From contig OZ245742.1 in assembly GCA_965227295.1 (NCBI GenBank), forward strand, positions 5,056,001 to 5,120,000: a stretch of 64,000 nt of DNA. The letters are read 5' to 3'. Below the pieces are notes generated by a model, which was given only the letters and a program-made list of their open reading frames with translations, did not search any database and was not told where the DNA came from. Positions 10,701-20,300 of this stretch are shown in pieces (position 1 is the stretch's first letter; the number at the start of each line of letters is the position of its first letter). Source of the stretch: Leptonemataceae bacterium. GTDB lineage: Bacteria > Spirochaetota > Leptospiria > Leptospirales > Leptonemataceae. The position numbers and the translations under genes were made by a program.

Positions 10701-13412
10701 GCCGAGGATGGCGCCGGCCTGAGAACGCATTTCACTGGCCAGGGCCTCGCCGAAACTCGCGCCCTGCAACATGGCCTTCGCCAGGGTCTGGATGAGCTTC
10801 GCCTGTTCGACCTGATTCGAAACGTTTTGCTGATACGCCTTTTCGGTGGCGCGGGCGATCTTGTTCGCGTCAGTGATCTGCTCCTGGACGGACTTCATCT
10901 TGTCGCCCAGGTTCTCGTTGAATTGATTGAACGCGTCGCTGAATTGCGAACCGACGCCGCCGTAGTCCCAGGCGTCGAAGACGTCGCCGCCCGAGGCGAG
11001 ACGCACGGCATCCGGCGGCAGGATCGTTACGGTTTGATCCATCATCTCGCGGTCGTAAGCGTCGCGACTGGTGGCGTCGCCGCCGTTGTAACTTGCAACC
11101 CCGGAAGCGATCTTGCGCTTCATGGTTACGGTGCCGTCTTCGGCAACGACGACTTCGAAGCCCTCGTCCGTATGCTTCTTGCGCTCCTCGACCATCTTCT
11201 TTTGCAGTTCGGTTTGCAGACGATCAAACTCGGCCTGATCGAAGGCCGTGTAAAACTTGAGTTCGCCCTCCACCTCGCCGTCGCGCAGTTGCGCCAGTTC
11301 AGCCAGGCGATCTTCTTCTTCGAAGTGCGCGCGATTCGTCATGAACGAGATCTCCCCGTCCTGGCTGCGCGCATGATCGGCGATGCGTTCGATGGCCTGG
11401 TCCCGCGCGTCGTTGGCGCGTTCGTGCATGGCTTGAGCATAGCTCAGGTTCTTCACGCCCGTCGTGGCTTTGCCGAAGCTCTTGAGCAGATTCTCGAGCG
11501 TGGCCGAATCGACGCCGCCGCCCTCGCGGTTGAAGTCCGTGGAGATGCCGCCCAGGCGCCGCTTCGCGTCTTCCATCTGCGCGCTGACCGCGCTGTTCGA
11601 AAGACCGGAGTTGATTAAGTGATCTTGAATGCGATTTAGTGCGCGATCCGTGCGCGCGTCGAGTTGCCGCTCCAGATTGCGAATGCGATTGTCCACGGCG
11701 GCGGCGTTGCCGTCGTTTTTGGCCTGATCCTCGGCGCGGATGAGGCCGGCCCATTGCTGCCGGCCCTGGCGAAACAGGCGATCCATTTGGGATGCGTAGG
11801 CATTGCGGCGGGTGAGGATCTCGTCCCGGCTGGCCTCGTAAGCAGCGGTGGCGGAAGCACGGATGCCCACGGCCTCGTTTTGAAAGTTCGCGTAGTTTTG
11901 TTCGTATTCGGCGACCTGATCTTCCCAGGCTTCGATGGCCGGCAGGAGATTGTTGCGCCAGTCGAGGGCGATGGGGCTCAGCGCGTCGACGTAAGATTGG
12001 TGCGTGAGTTCGTTTTGATGCGCGTCCTCGTCCCACCAGTAGGCCTGGCCGTGGATCTGCATCCGTTCTTCGGCGTAACCGCCGGCTCCGAAGGGTGCGT
12101 TGAAGTTCCACAGGCAAATGGGCAGTCCGTAGGCCCCGCCGCATCCGGCTGCATCGAACGTAAACGCGCCGTTGCCCGCCGAACTGAAACATTCATTGGT
12201 GCGCGCTTCCCCGATTTGTAGAATGCCGTAGACATTGTGACTGGAACTGTAGCCGCAAACGTTCACGCCGCCGGTGATGCTCGTCACGGTCTTGCCGAAC
12301 TTCGCCGAAAGCTGGCCGATGAGCGGCGCCTGGTTGCTTCCGCCCGATTCCATGTACAGGGCGATGGCGTTGATCATGGCGTTGGAACGCCAGTCGTAAC
12401 CGTGACCGCCGCCCCATACGGTCTCCCCGCCCAGATTCACGTAACCGTCTTTGATGCTGTTGTAGTAATCGACGGTTTGTTCTTCGACGAGCTGCTTCGA
12501 TTCCAGCTCCGTCGTCATCGTTAATGTAAGATCGGAGAGCGGTACGTTGTTGTCGAGATCGCTCTTGAGCTGATTGATGAACGCCTCGAAGTCCAGGCCG
12601 GCCTGGTTGTACACGCCCGGGGAAGAATAGAACATGCCGCTGTTGCTGAGCAGGTTTTCCATGCTCTGCACGGCGGTACCGATGGCGTCGCGCACGGTTT
12701 TTTCGTAGGCCTCGATCTGGGCGAGAGACTGCGCGAACTCGGCCTCTTTCGCGTTCAGTTCAGCGAGGGTTTCTTTGTACTCGTTCTCCAGGTTCTGCAT
12801 GGCCTCGCCCAGGTCGGCGATGCCGGCGTTGGCCTGCTCCTGCATCTTGCGTTCCCAATCGGCGTAGGCCTCGCGCGCGTCGCCGGAGCCGCTGCCGGCG
12901 GGTACGTCGTTCGCGGCCGCGGCGGCCTGGCTGTCCCGTCGAGTGTCGGTGGCCGTAAGGTACACCGAGCGTTCATTAGCAACCGCGGCCAGGGCGGCGG
13001 ATTCCCAATCGGCCCGGGCCTTCGCTTTCTGGATCTCCAGTTCTTTGCGCAGATAGTCCTGGTACTCGGCGACGCTGTTGAAGGCGTCGGAACTGCTGAC
13101 GCTCAGGACCTCGTTCTGGATCGTGGTGTCGACCTGGGCCTCCCAGCTGGCGGAGAGCGTGTAGAGACCGGACGCCACGACCGACTGCCATTCGGCGGTG
13201 GTGGGCGCATTGCGGGCCTGCTCGAAATAAGGATCGAGGGCGTTGTCGTTGAACGTGGGTGTCGTGATGTTCGGAACCGGCACCTGCTGGGCGCTCAGTG
13301 GCCCCACGGGAATCGCCGTGCTTACCGTGAAGGTTACGGTGGCGATCCAGGTAACGATTGTTCGGCGACGGCGCGCCCAAATGCCGTTGCGCGAGGCGAA
13401 TGCTGCTTCCAT
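7716..13412 (-). CDS. Giant secreted polymorphic toxin 1 (TIGR04388-like, subfamily A) with C-terminal HExxH (M91-like) metallopeptidase
   Basis: RRRR plus hydrophobic signal peptide; DAFNSVAEYQDYLRKEL motif; coiled coils; AAPFTGGASL helices; Gly-rich beta repeats; acidic linker; VAHELVHALQ...EDAAIRRTNSIRSE. Confidence 0.8.
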   Translation of the reverse strand: MEAAFASRNGIWARRRRTIVTWIATVTFTVSTAIPVGPLSAQQVPVPNITTPTFNDNALDPYFEQARNAPTTAEWQSVVASGLYTLSASWEAQVDTTIQNEVLSVSSSDAFNSVAEYQDYLRKELEIQKAKARADWESAALAAVANERSVYLTATDTRRDSQAAAAANDVPAGSGSGDAREAYADWERKMQEQANAGIADLGEAMQNLENEYKETLAELNAKEAEFAQSLAQIEAYEKTVRDAIGTAVQSMENLLSNSGMFYSSPGVYNQAGLDFEAFINQLKSDLDNNVPLSDLTLTMTTELESKQLVEEQTVDYYNSIKDGYVNLGGETVWGGGHGYDWRSNAMINAIALYMESGGSNQAPLIGQLSAKFGKTVTSITGGVNVCGYSSSHNVYGILQIGEARTNECFSSAGNGAFTFDAAGCGGAYGLPICLWNFNAPFGAGGYAEERMQIHGQAYWWDEDAHQNELTHQSYVDALSPIALDWRNNLLPAIEAWEDQVAEYEQNYANFQNEAVGIRASATAAYEASRDEILTRRNAYASQMDRLFRQGRQQWAGLIRAEDQAKNDGNAAAVDNRIRNLERQLDARTDRALNRIQDHLINSGLSNSAVSAQMEDAKRRLGGISTDFNREGGGVDSATLENLLKSFGKATTGVKNLSYAQAMHERANDARDQAIERIADHARSQDGEISFMTNRAHFEEEDRLAELAQLRDGEVEGELKFYTAFDQAEFDRLQTELQKKMVEERKKHTDEGFEVVVAEDGTVTMKRKIASGVASYNGGDATSRDAYDREMMDQTVTILPPDAVRLASGGDVFDAWDYGGVGSQFSDAFNQFNENLGDKMKSVQEQITDANKIARATEKAYQQNVSNQVEQAKLIQTLAKAMLQGASFGEALASEMRSQAGAILGEAWGIPPSIISAILGGSKPHEAIQSYAEGQMMSALDQALGLPAGFTSMFVQHQKAKEAAKKAKTQAAVSGVITAVGVIAAPFTGGASLMVAGAINGAYQAYNSGGGLQGALVGAVGGIANGYVQTMTGGAVSVGLSYSPEDGFGGSVGVGYGPARVTVSHSEHGGTGVSAGLEYGGFSAGVSYHSEDGFGASLGYGGDIGNFGINYSEDGGLSAGANLGGDDWGLDLDYNASDGFSAGFSNDWVDLSYDQENGFGGSLSLGGEDANLNVNYSQNGGLTADASAYGVEANYNNGDWGVSADVASVADQFGVDTSFLGDDFGGKIGYSSSEGLSAGLSSEHGDLSYSQEGGLDLGLNTISYGGFDLDAGWNSNTGFSMDASGYGLDAGYGPGGLSLSADVGQVASQFGLDASNLGGSGLGVNGTYDFMGGGFTGDAAFSGSFAGIDADLAYNSETGFTGSASGYGLDAGYGPGGLSLTGDANELASQFGVDASNLGGSGFGVDGTVDFTGGTFHGDVTGNGFDVSVDGDQVDGSFTGSYAGLDLGVGYDSQNGFTGAVSGGGYDLVDYNEADGFSSPYLNAVGDQLNDLKDWAMDPTKWGEDPPLGEDSPLGQAGNVASVLGNAAEQAGEDISDLIGSDDDDVAGGEEVPGGETSGGETGDGDATSGGEETAGGGETGGGGETGGEDGEAGGDPEVKTRDAGLNGDKRAQELKEKYGPYAVESFGKFLVLPDDVFAEVDREDYYTNFDAIKDEAQIISQSRMQRLRTTWNSAEIRREPFGNYQVFSKEAMELLQEELKPEVLSRKFPFSEIISRDDFGKIANSYASVSKYITDDGKGFKDRIMGEIGKLMSVPSGRKLVMQVHETGGFSLIPSEAKHPWTRSRTYVGYPGIMTAQIGINPSLRDGDIRYVGPGDSLVDANLAGVVAHELVHALQINTGNVPTSQSEVGPFEDAAIRRTNSIRSEFFYPPRIDLRRCNKLYGVECNSITEFHSRRMQ
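9160..9640 (-). repeat. Internal tandem duplication (243-nt / 81-aa period) in toxin 1
   Basis: GYGLDAGYGPGGLSL...ASQFG.DASNLGGSG occurs twice (gagccgcccaggttcga at 9214 and 9457) but only once in toxin 2; boundaries approximate. Confidence 0.8.
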
Positions 13413-13699
13413 GACACTATCCCGGTCGGCGTCGGTCGGTCTCGTTCCATCCGCTAAAAACCGGTACGAATGAATGCGTCTTAACCTGCGGCGCCGTAAA
13501 CTTATGGCTCATCAACTTTGACTACATGTGAAAATTGAGCCAGTATGTACTCCAGCAGACGACAAGAGCTCCAGAAAGTCGAATCCTTTTCAATTGAGGC
13601 AGCCTGGACGAATGGTCAAGCGCCTCCTGGCAGCCCTTACAATGATTTCCGGAGACCGGTGCCGCATGCTCGAATGTACATAAGTTAGACAGATCCCGC

Positions 13700-14338
13700 C
13701 TAGAAGACGCGGCGTTCATCCTTTACCTTTGCGCGATCCAGGCGCGCCTCGCTTTCCAGGAAGTTCAGACTGTCCGTCGCCGACCCCAGAATGGCGCGAA
13801 CGGCGGCAACCAGGTTCCCGGACTCTGTCTCAACGACCAGGGCTCCGTAACAGCCCCAGAGGTCGTAGCGGGCCGGATTTAGATCGGAGTTGAGCCTGAG
13901 GATTCTGACACCCTCTATGCACCGGCCGATGTATGCACGCAATGGATCGGCCAGAAACTCCGGATGCTCGCGCGCTGTTACGACGACCGGGCCGCTGATC
14001 ATGGATTCTTTCTGGAGGGTCGCCAGCATGCCTTCATCCAATTCGGATGCATAAACTGTGTCGACGTTCATATCCCCAAGAAATCCGATACGGCGGCCGT
14101 CATCCAATATTAGAAGCCCGATTCCGCCCCCGATCCCGATGAACTCGTCCGGTCGCTTGCCGCGAGCACCGTCCTGAAAGTTACGGAGGACTTCCGGCAG
14201 TTGTGCCGCGGAGGCGCTCCGCATCAATGCGCGACCAAAGTCAACGATCCTGCAACCACGCAAGGTTGTGAGCAATTCGTTCGCGTGATCGAGGCGCGAC
14301 CAGCCTAATTCTTGCCAGCGAGTCGAGAGCCTGGGCAT
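13700..14338 (-). CDS. Putative immunity protein (family shared with 41308 and 62971)
   Basis: Starts 6 nt after the toxin 2 stop; motifs LRGCRIVDFGR, GGGIGLLILDDG, AREHPEF...YIGRCIEGVRIL shared with the two paralogs. Confidence 0.75.
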   Translation of the reverse strand: MPRLSTRWQELGWSRLDHANELLTTLRGCRIVDFGRALMRSASAAQLPEVLRNFQDGARGKRPDEFIGIGGGIGLLILDDGRRIGFLGDMNVDTVYASELDEGMLATLQKESMISGPVVVTAREHPEFLADPLRAYIGRCIEGVRILRLNSDLNPARYDLWGCYGALVVETESGNLVAAVRAILGSATDSLNFLESEARLDRAKVKDERRVF

Positions 14339-14343
14339 AGGAA

Positions 14344-17300
14344 TTAACCGGAAAGCGCCTCAATCCATTCGTCGATTAGTTCTAGATTATCCGTCGGCTT
14401 AAAATCCTCGGGCAGCCGTACCACGGCTTTCTTTTCCGCGTTCAGCAACGGATCCATAACATAGAAAACGCCGGTCTCCGGATCAATCATACCCTGCAGA
14501 TCGTTGATATAATAATCTTCAGAAAACTTGCGCAACTGTTTGAACTGGCCGATCAACCCTTCGACTTTTTCTCTGCCGCCCGGTTTGCTCAGGAGCTGTT
14601 TTCTGTAGCGCTCCAGGCGTTCCACGAAATTCGGACCTGTACTTTTCGAGTGCAACTCAAGCCCGAAAGCCGGGTCCTTCGGAATATGCTTCATCAGGTA
14701 GCCCTCTGTTTTTGTGCCGCCAGGCGCCGTCATCTTTCCGGTCGCAGAATGAGGAATGACCCGAACTCCGTAATCCTTCATTTGCTTCAAACCGACAACC
14801 TCGTCTCTGACAAACGAAAGGCTTGCCTGATTTTTGGCAAAGCCTACGGCAATTTCACTATCGTTCCTGGTTGCATGAACGGTCTTGAAATCACCGTGCC
14901 CGATCGGCTCAGGATCTACGGTGATATTCTGGCCCCTTAAGGCCGTGAGCCGGGAATGAAAATCCTTCCAGGCTTCTTCCGCAACCTGATTGGCACGCCT
15001 GACCCCGGCCAACTCGCCCGGGGTCAGGTGCGCGGTGTAAGAATCAAAACCGGAATCATGCCCGTCTACTTGCCTGCGCTTCTTTATCTCTGCTTCCCGG
15101 AGACGCGCCTTTTCCGCCGCATCAAGCCGGGATCGACGCAGCGAAGATGTAACGTCCACGTCCGCGCGACGCGCGATGCGCAGAGCGAGCTCATCAAATC
15201 CGAAGACCGCCGCGACAGGCAGAGCACTGAAAGCGACTTCCGAAGCCACGATTGCGCCAGCCTTAAGATGGTTGCCTTGCTTCCATTCGCGTACAACTTC
15301 GAAAAAGGCTTGTACCTGACTTGTGCCCGGTAAAACGCTGAGAGCAAGATTATCTATGAACGCCGCTCCTTGCTCGGTCAGAGAATACGCGTAGATTGCG
15401 TCCAGGTTGGGCGGGGGGCCCAGGCTTTGCCGTATCGCATCGATCGCTCCTTTCAATTGATGAACGGTTTCTATACTGAAATCACGTTCGATCTGATCGT
15501 ACGCCGCGTTCAACGTCTTCAGTGTCGTCTGAAGCAACGTCCTGGTTTTGTTCTCCTCGGTAAGAGGCTCTTGCAGATAGTTTCGATAGTCTCCAGTTCC
15601 TTGCCATTTGCGGATTACTTCCACCGGATCATGGCAGGCAGCGGCATCGCAATAGTGGTACTGATTCGCCCAGGGAAGTCGGCTTTCGGTCGGCCGCTCC
15701 TGGAGTCCGAGGGCGGCAATGGCCCTTGCGAGGGCGACAGGATTCTCGGCGATTTTCTCCGGGTCGCGTTCTTTGTTACGAATGGTTCCCTCTTGAATCA
15801 GGGCTTCGTCTTCCTGTCGGGCCTGCCGCTCTTCCTCGGGCGTGAGTTTTGTGATAATCGGTTGAACACGATTGCCGGCGGCGTCCAGGAAACGCGTCTC
15901 GTAACCACCTCCCGAAAAAATGGATTGATAAGTCTTTTCTTCGACGATTCCGTCGGGACGAATATAAATCCTTACAGTTTCCCCTTCCGAATTTGTCCTT
16001 TCGTAGTAGCCGCCTTCCTTCGCCCACTTTTGCCCGAAGAGAAACAGAGGGTCATTTTTGCGCAATGCGGCGGCGGTATTCTGATCGAAGCCGCGTGCCT
16101 CGCCCCGGGGACCGGCGAAACCGCGCAACAAAGCGCGCTGTCCTTCGGCGTCCCAATATTTTTCCTGAAGATATTCGCGATAATCGGATCCGCCTTCCGG
16201 CGCGCGCCAGATCTCCTGACGAAGCAGACCTGTTTCCTCGTAGGTGAAACGCATTTTGCGTCCGTCCCATAGTTCGCCCTCGTAGTAGTAATGGTTCCGC
16301 GCTTCGTCCCGGTGTGCGGTGAACAGAACTTGCTGACCGTCCACGTTGAATGTCCGCACCGCTTTTTTGTATTGAATATCGGACTTATCGAAGGGAGCGG
16401 CCGCGGTCATCCCATCGCCAGGTCCGCCGCGTTCATTGATGACGATGCCTTCGCCGCCTCGCGCCTTCACTTCTTTCACCAGCACGACGCGATGTAAGTC
16501 TTCCTTCTCGATGGTGATGCGTTTGCCACCCGGCATCGCCAGACGAATCATCACTTGATCTTGACCTTCGATCGCGCCGTAATGGACCGTCCCGTCCTTC
16601 ATACGAACGACCACCGGGACGTCGCGATCATAGCCCCGCAGGCGATCGATTTGATACCTCAGATCGTCGTGCTGCTTCTCTTCCATGGCCGCACGTTCGG
16701 CGAGCAGCGCCTTGCGCGCCTTCAGGTCCGACGGGTCGCGGCGATCCCAACGCTGCTGCCATTCCTGACGCTGCTCCAGATAGTCCGCGCTGACTTCGGC
16801 CACGGTCTTCTCAATGCGATCGCGCGGATCATTTTCGTCAAGTTCCACGTCTTCGTTCGCCGCGACGTTCGCCGCGTGCTTGCTTAACATGGACTCAGCA
16901 GAACTTTGCAATTGGTCGTCCGCGCGTTTCGTTTCGTACGTCACGTTCCAGCGCAGGACATCACCGGCGTCGAAGCAGATGTTCTTGTTCTTCGCACAGA
17001 TCGTTTTATCACCCTGCCATTCGATTTCCGCCGCCAGGTTGTCCTCCGCGGAGAAGTCGTTCGGATACTGATTCAGCAGGAGCTTCGCGAAGTAGCCCTC
17101 GACCTTCTTCTGACGCCGCAGGTCTTCCGCGGACGGGAAGGCCGTGGTATTCGCGCGGAACGTACCTTTGAGCTCCCATTCCTCGAAGTCCGGCAACGTA
17201 TCTTCCATGGCGTCCGGCGGTGCGATGTAGACCTTCATGTCCGGAAGATCTTCGCTCCGTTCCGCCACGGCTTCGCCGGATCCCTGGCCGCCGCCGGCCG

Positions 17301-20300
17301 TCGGCTCTCCTTCGCCGCCGGGACCGATGGCGATGCCACCTTCTTCGCTTTCACCGTTTTCGTTGCCGTCGGGACGTTCGCCGTCCGGCCACTCTTCTCC
17401 GCCGGCGACTTCGCTTTCTTCTTCATCGCCGCCGAAGTTCTCTTCCCACCAATTGCTGAGATCTTCTCCGGCCGTATCGGCGGCGCCGCTCAGCACGGCC
17501 GCGACATCGTCGATCTGGCCCAGGGGCGTATCTTCGCCGAGGGGCGGGTCCTCGCCCCAGCGATCCGGGCTCGTGGCCCAGTCTTTTAAGTCTTCCAACT
17601 GATCTTCGATGCTGTCGAGGTACGGCGACGACAGGCCGTCCTGTTCGTTGTATTTGGCAAGATCGAAGCCGCCGCCACTGAGCGCGCCCGAAAAACCGTT
17701 CTCGGAATCGTAGCCGACGCCCAGGTCCAGGCCGCCGTAGCTGCCGGCGAACGAACCGTCCACCTGGTCGCCGTCGACGTCCACGTCGAAGCCGTTGCCC
17801 TGAACGTTGCCGGTGAATTGGCCTGCGGTGAAGTCGATCTCGCCGTCCACGCCGAAGCCCGAGCCGCCCAGGTCCGAGGCGTCCACGCCGAACTGCGACG
17901 CTAACTGATTCACATCGCCGGTTAAGCTCAGGCCGCCCGGGCCGTAGCCGGCGTCGAGGCCGTAGCCCGAGGCATCCACGGAAAAGCCGCTGTTCGAATT
18001 CCAGCCGGCGTCGACGTCGACGCCCCCGAAAGAAATCGTATTCAGATCGATGCCGAGGCCGCCTGCCTCGCTGTAATTTAAGTTTCCGTACTCGGAACTT
18101 AAGCCGGTCGTCAGTCCCTCGCCGGAGGTGTAGCCGATGGTGCCGTCAAAGTCATCGCCGAGGAAAGACGTGTCCACTCCCGCGGACTCCGCCAGCTCGC
18201 CGACGTCGGCGTTCAGGCCCCAGTCACCGTTGTTGTAGTTCGCCTCGACGCCGTACCCGGAGAAGCCCGCCGTCAGTCCGCCGTCGCCGTAGTTGAGTTC
18301 CAGGGCGGCAGAGTCGTCGTCGCCCCAGGAGTACGAGGCACCGAAACCGTCCTCTTCGTTATAACTTAAGTCCAGGCCGCCGTTGGTATAACCCGCCGAG
18401 AAACCGTCATTCTCGCTGTAGTTTAAGTTGAGTCCTTCGTCATCGTCACCGAGTTTCAGGCCGGCGGATAGCCCTTCGTTCTCGGAATAGTTGATGCCAA
18501 GGCTGCCGAAATCATGGCCGTAGCCGACCGAAGCCCCAAAGCCGTCCTGGGTATTGTAGCTCACGCCCGCCTTGAAGCCGCCGTAACCGAGACCCGCGGA
18601 CACACCTGTCCCCCCGTGCTCCGAATGACTGACCGTCACTGTGGCCGGACCGTAGCCCACGCCGACGGAACCGCCGAAGCCGTTGTCCGGTGAATACGAC
18701 AGGCCCACGCTCACGGCGCCGCCGGTAGCCATCTGCACGAAGCCGTTGGCAATGCCGCCCACGGCACCGACCAGCGCGCCCTGCAAACCGCCGCCGTTGT
18801 TGACGCTCTGGTACGCACCGGCGACGGCGCCGGCGACGGCCAGTGATGCACCGGCGGTGAACGGGGCGGCAATGGCGCCGACTACCATGATGGCGCCGCT
18901 GACCACGGCCTGTTGTTTGGCCTTCTTCGCGGCTTTCTTCGCCTTCTGTTGTTGCGAGAACATCGACGTGGTGCCCGGCGGCAAACCCAACGCCGTATCG
19001 ATGGCCGACATGACCTGGCCTTCAATGTAACTGCCCACGGCCTCGTGGGGCTTCGCGCCGCCGAGGATCGCGCTGATGATCGACGGCGGAATGCCCGTCG
19101 CCTCGCCGATGATCTGCCCTGCCCGGGAACGCATCTCACTGGCCAGGGCCTGACCGAAACTCGCACCACCGAGCATGGCCTTCGCCAGCGACTCGACCAG
19201 TTGCGCCTGCTCTACATGGAACGAAACATTTTGTTGAAAGGTCTTTTCGTTTTCGCGGGCGAGTTTGTTCGCGTCATCGATCTGCTGCTTTGCAGATTGC
19301 AGCTTGTCGCCCAGGCTTTGATTGTACTCGTTGAAGGATTCGCTGAAGTCGCCGCCAAGACCGCCGAGATCCCAGGCATCGAAGACGTCGCCGCCGGAAA
19401 GCAGTTCCATGGCGTCCGGTGGGAGGATCGTTACGGTCTGGTCCTCCATCTCACGCTCGTAGGAATCGCTGTCCGTGGCGGCCCCGCCGGTGTAGTTCGC
19501 CTGGCCCGAGGCGATCTTGCGCTTCATGGTTACCGCGCCGGTCTTCGGGTCCACGACGACCTCGAAGCCCTCGTCCTTATGCTTCTTGCGTTCTTCGGCT
19601 AACTTTTTCTGAAGTTCAGTTTGCAGACGATCAAACTCGGCCTGATCAAAGGCCGTGTAGTACTTGAGTTCGCCGTCGACCTCGTCGTCCCGCAGTTGTG
19701 CCAGCTCGGCCAGGCGCTTTTCTTCTTCAAAGCGCTCGCGGTTCGTGAGAAAGGAAATCTCACCGTCCTGCCGGTTCGCAAGATCGGCCACGCGCTCGAT
19801 GGCGTTGTCCCGGGCATCCTTCGCGCGCTCGTGCATGGACCGGGCGTAGCTGAGATTCTTAACACCCGTGGTGGCCTGGTAGAAACTCTGAAGCAAGTTC
19901 TCCAGGGCCGTCGCATCCACGCCGCCGCCGGCACGGTTAAAGTCCGCGGAGATCGCATCGAGGCGGCGTTGCGCGTCCAGCATCTGCGCGCTCACCGCGC
20001 TCGCAGACAGACCCGACGTACCAAGCTGTCGTTCGATTCGATCCATGGCGCGAGCGGTACTTGCATCCAGTTGCTGCTGGAGATTTCGAATGTGTGTTTG
20101 CGCCGCAGCGGAGCCTTCGTTCTGCGCCTGCTCTTCCGCGCTGATCAGGGCCGCCCATTGCCCGCGCCCCTCGCGATAGACACGGTCCATCTGCGCGGCA
20201 TAGGCGTTGCGCCGGGCCAGGATCTCGTCCCGGCCGGCCTCGTACGCCGCCGTGGCCGAAGCGCGGATGCCCACGGCCTCGGTCTGAAAGTTCGCGTAGT

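Noticed and set aside
13522..13719. 65-aa ORF between the toxin 2 immunity gene and toxin 1
   Set aside because: No recognisable motif or RBS; probably intergenic sequence
15628..15655. CDAAACH as a possible heme-binding motif in toxin 2
   Set aside because: Single non-canonical CX4CH with no cytochrome context
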